DNA from: Candidatus Nanopusillus sp.
GTDB taxonomy: Archaea > Nanobdellota > Nanobdellia > Nanobdellales > Nanobdellaceae
Direction: 5' to 3'
Assembly: GCA_049414405.1 (NCBI GenBank)
Contig: JBMSAQ010000002.1
Location: 30,001 to 62,000, forward strand
DNA length: 32,000 bases
The position numbers and the translations under genes were made by a program. The notes under the pieces are model-generated. The model searched no databases. It had not been told where the DNA came from and worked only from the letters and a program-made list of their open reading frames with translations. Positions 31,308 through 32,000 of this stretch are shown in pieces (position 1 is the first letter of the stretch; each line of letters begins with the position of its first letter).

Positions 31308-32000
31308 ATGGTTACAGCACTTTTAGTCACAAATATAACATATGCCGACTATTTAGTAGCTAGTGTAGTAGGACATATATATAAATTGCCAGTATATACA
31401 GTATATCAAGATCCTGTAAATATTAGTAATACAGTACAAATGTTAATAAGTGATAATGTAACAAATGTAATAATAATAGGAGGACCTGCAGTAATATCAA
31501 ATTTATTATTACAAAATTTAAATCAATCAAATATAAGTTATTTATGGATATGGGGAACGAGAAGATATGACACCTCTGCATACGTAGCATTATATTTCTG
31601 GAATAGTTCTAATAGTGCAGTATTAATTACTAGAGACTTGGTTAATGAACATGTAAGTCCTGATAAATTGCCTTTAGTTACTAATGCCGTTCAATATGCT
31701 AAAGAAAATGATGTGCCGATATTAATCGTACCAAATGGTGTATTATCCGAAAGTACATTATATGCATTGAAAAAATTAAATGTAACTAAAGTAGTTATCT
31801 TTACTGGAGCAAGTCCTTCTTTAGGAAATATAACGGATCAATTAAATTCTTTAAACATATCTTATGAAGTATATAGTACTAATAGACCACCATTACATTG
31901 TGTAGGTTATATATATGTAAATATAACACCAAATACTTCTTGGCATGAGATTAGAGAAATATTCATCGGAAAGGTTAGAGATATTTGCATATTACCAATT
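31308..32000 (+). CDS. Protein with tandem CWB2-like (cell-wall-binding repeat 2) domains; 5' part only, runs off the window end
   Basis: Not in the ORF track (open at the edge). I translated it by hand from ATG 31308; an in-frame TAA lies at 31296. There are 231 codons with no stop. Repeat 1, ALLVTNITYADYLVASVVGHIYKLPVYTV...VTNVIIIGGPAVISNLLL...IWGTRRYDTSAYVALYFW, follows the CWB2 consensus (fADALsa.plA....PiLL...v.ilGG..avs...ri.G.dRyeT...ia). A second copy follows: AVLITRD...NDVPILIVPNG...VTKVVIFTG. Many N-x-S/T sequons; no signal peptide. Confidence 0.6.
   Translation, partial: MVTALLVTNITYADYLVASVVGHIYKLPVYTVYQDPVNISNTVQMLISDNVTNVIIIGGPAVISNLLLQNLNQSNISYLWIWGTRRYDTSAYVALYFWNSSNSAVLITRDLVNEHVSPDKLPLVTNAVQYAKENDVPILIVPNGVLSESTLYALKKLNVTKVVIFTGASPSLGNITDQLNSLNISYEVYSTNRPPLHCVGYIYVNITPNTSWHEIREIFIGKVRDICILPI

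Noticed and set aside
1-32000. Search for tRNA, split tRNA halves, rRNA, C/D-box sRNA and CRISPR repeats
   Set aside because: In this AT-rich background, structured RNAs should appear as GC-rich islands. The only GC-richer stretches lie inside coding genes (thermosome, cdc48, polC, the pilin-like gene). Intergenic spacers are at most about 96 nt and are explained by promoters or the broken endonuclease III-like C-terminus. No regularly spaced direct repeats were seen. Isolated TGATGA/CTGA strings occur but only within ORFs and at chance frequency.
1-32000. Mobile elements, prophage, toxin-antitoxin or defence islands
   Set aside because: I recognised no integrase, transposase, terminal inverted repeats, restriction-modification, Cas, or small paired toxin/antitoxin ORFs. 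The window reads as core chromosome.

Overview
Compact, very AT-rich archaeal chromosome segment (about three-quarters A+T by eye, not computed). It is almost entirely protein-coding: 37 CDS, of which 2 run off the window edges and 1 is disrupted. Many neighbouring genes overlap start-to-stop (ATGA, TAATG, GTGA). Content is mainly information processing: Mre11-Rad50, a NeqSSB-like single-OB SSB, thermosome, Fap7-like kinase, PolD large subunit, Hjc-like resolvase, Cdc48, L18e-L13-S9, L31e, dCTP deaminase, AspRS, TrmJ-like and Trm1 tRNA methyltransferases, diphthine synthase, and Hef overlapping a small DHH nuclease. PolD, Hef, the thermosome, the NeqSSB-like SSB, the compaction and the absence of metabolic genes suggest a reduced DPANN/Nanoarchaeota-like archaeon; this is inference only. 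I found no rRNA, tRNA, CRISPR array, IS element or integrase, and no GC-rich island that could hide a structured RNA. I see no clear-cut novel system, only leads. (1) An ArmA/Rmt (FmrO)-type 16S rRNA m7G1405 methyltransferase homologue overlaps an E1-like gene directly downstream of cdc48. (2) A type IV filament cluster (FlaI/PilB-family ATPase, two putative Cys-rich pilin-like proteins, a coiled-coil protein) lacks a platform protein or prepilin peptidase; a separate Cys-rich class III signal-peptide protein lies nearby. (3) A miniature archaeosortase/exosortase-family protein has no obvious substrate in the window. (4) An endonuclease III-related gene carries an in-frame TGA and an A8-run frameshift. 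(5) hef and a DHH gene overlap in a GTGA junction. (6) TATA-like boxes sit 29-31 nt upstream of most independent ATGs, implying leaderless mRNAs. All family assignments rest on motifs read by eye from the supplied translations. No database search was run.
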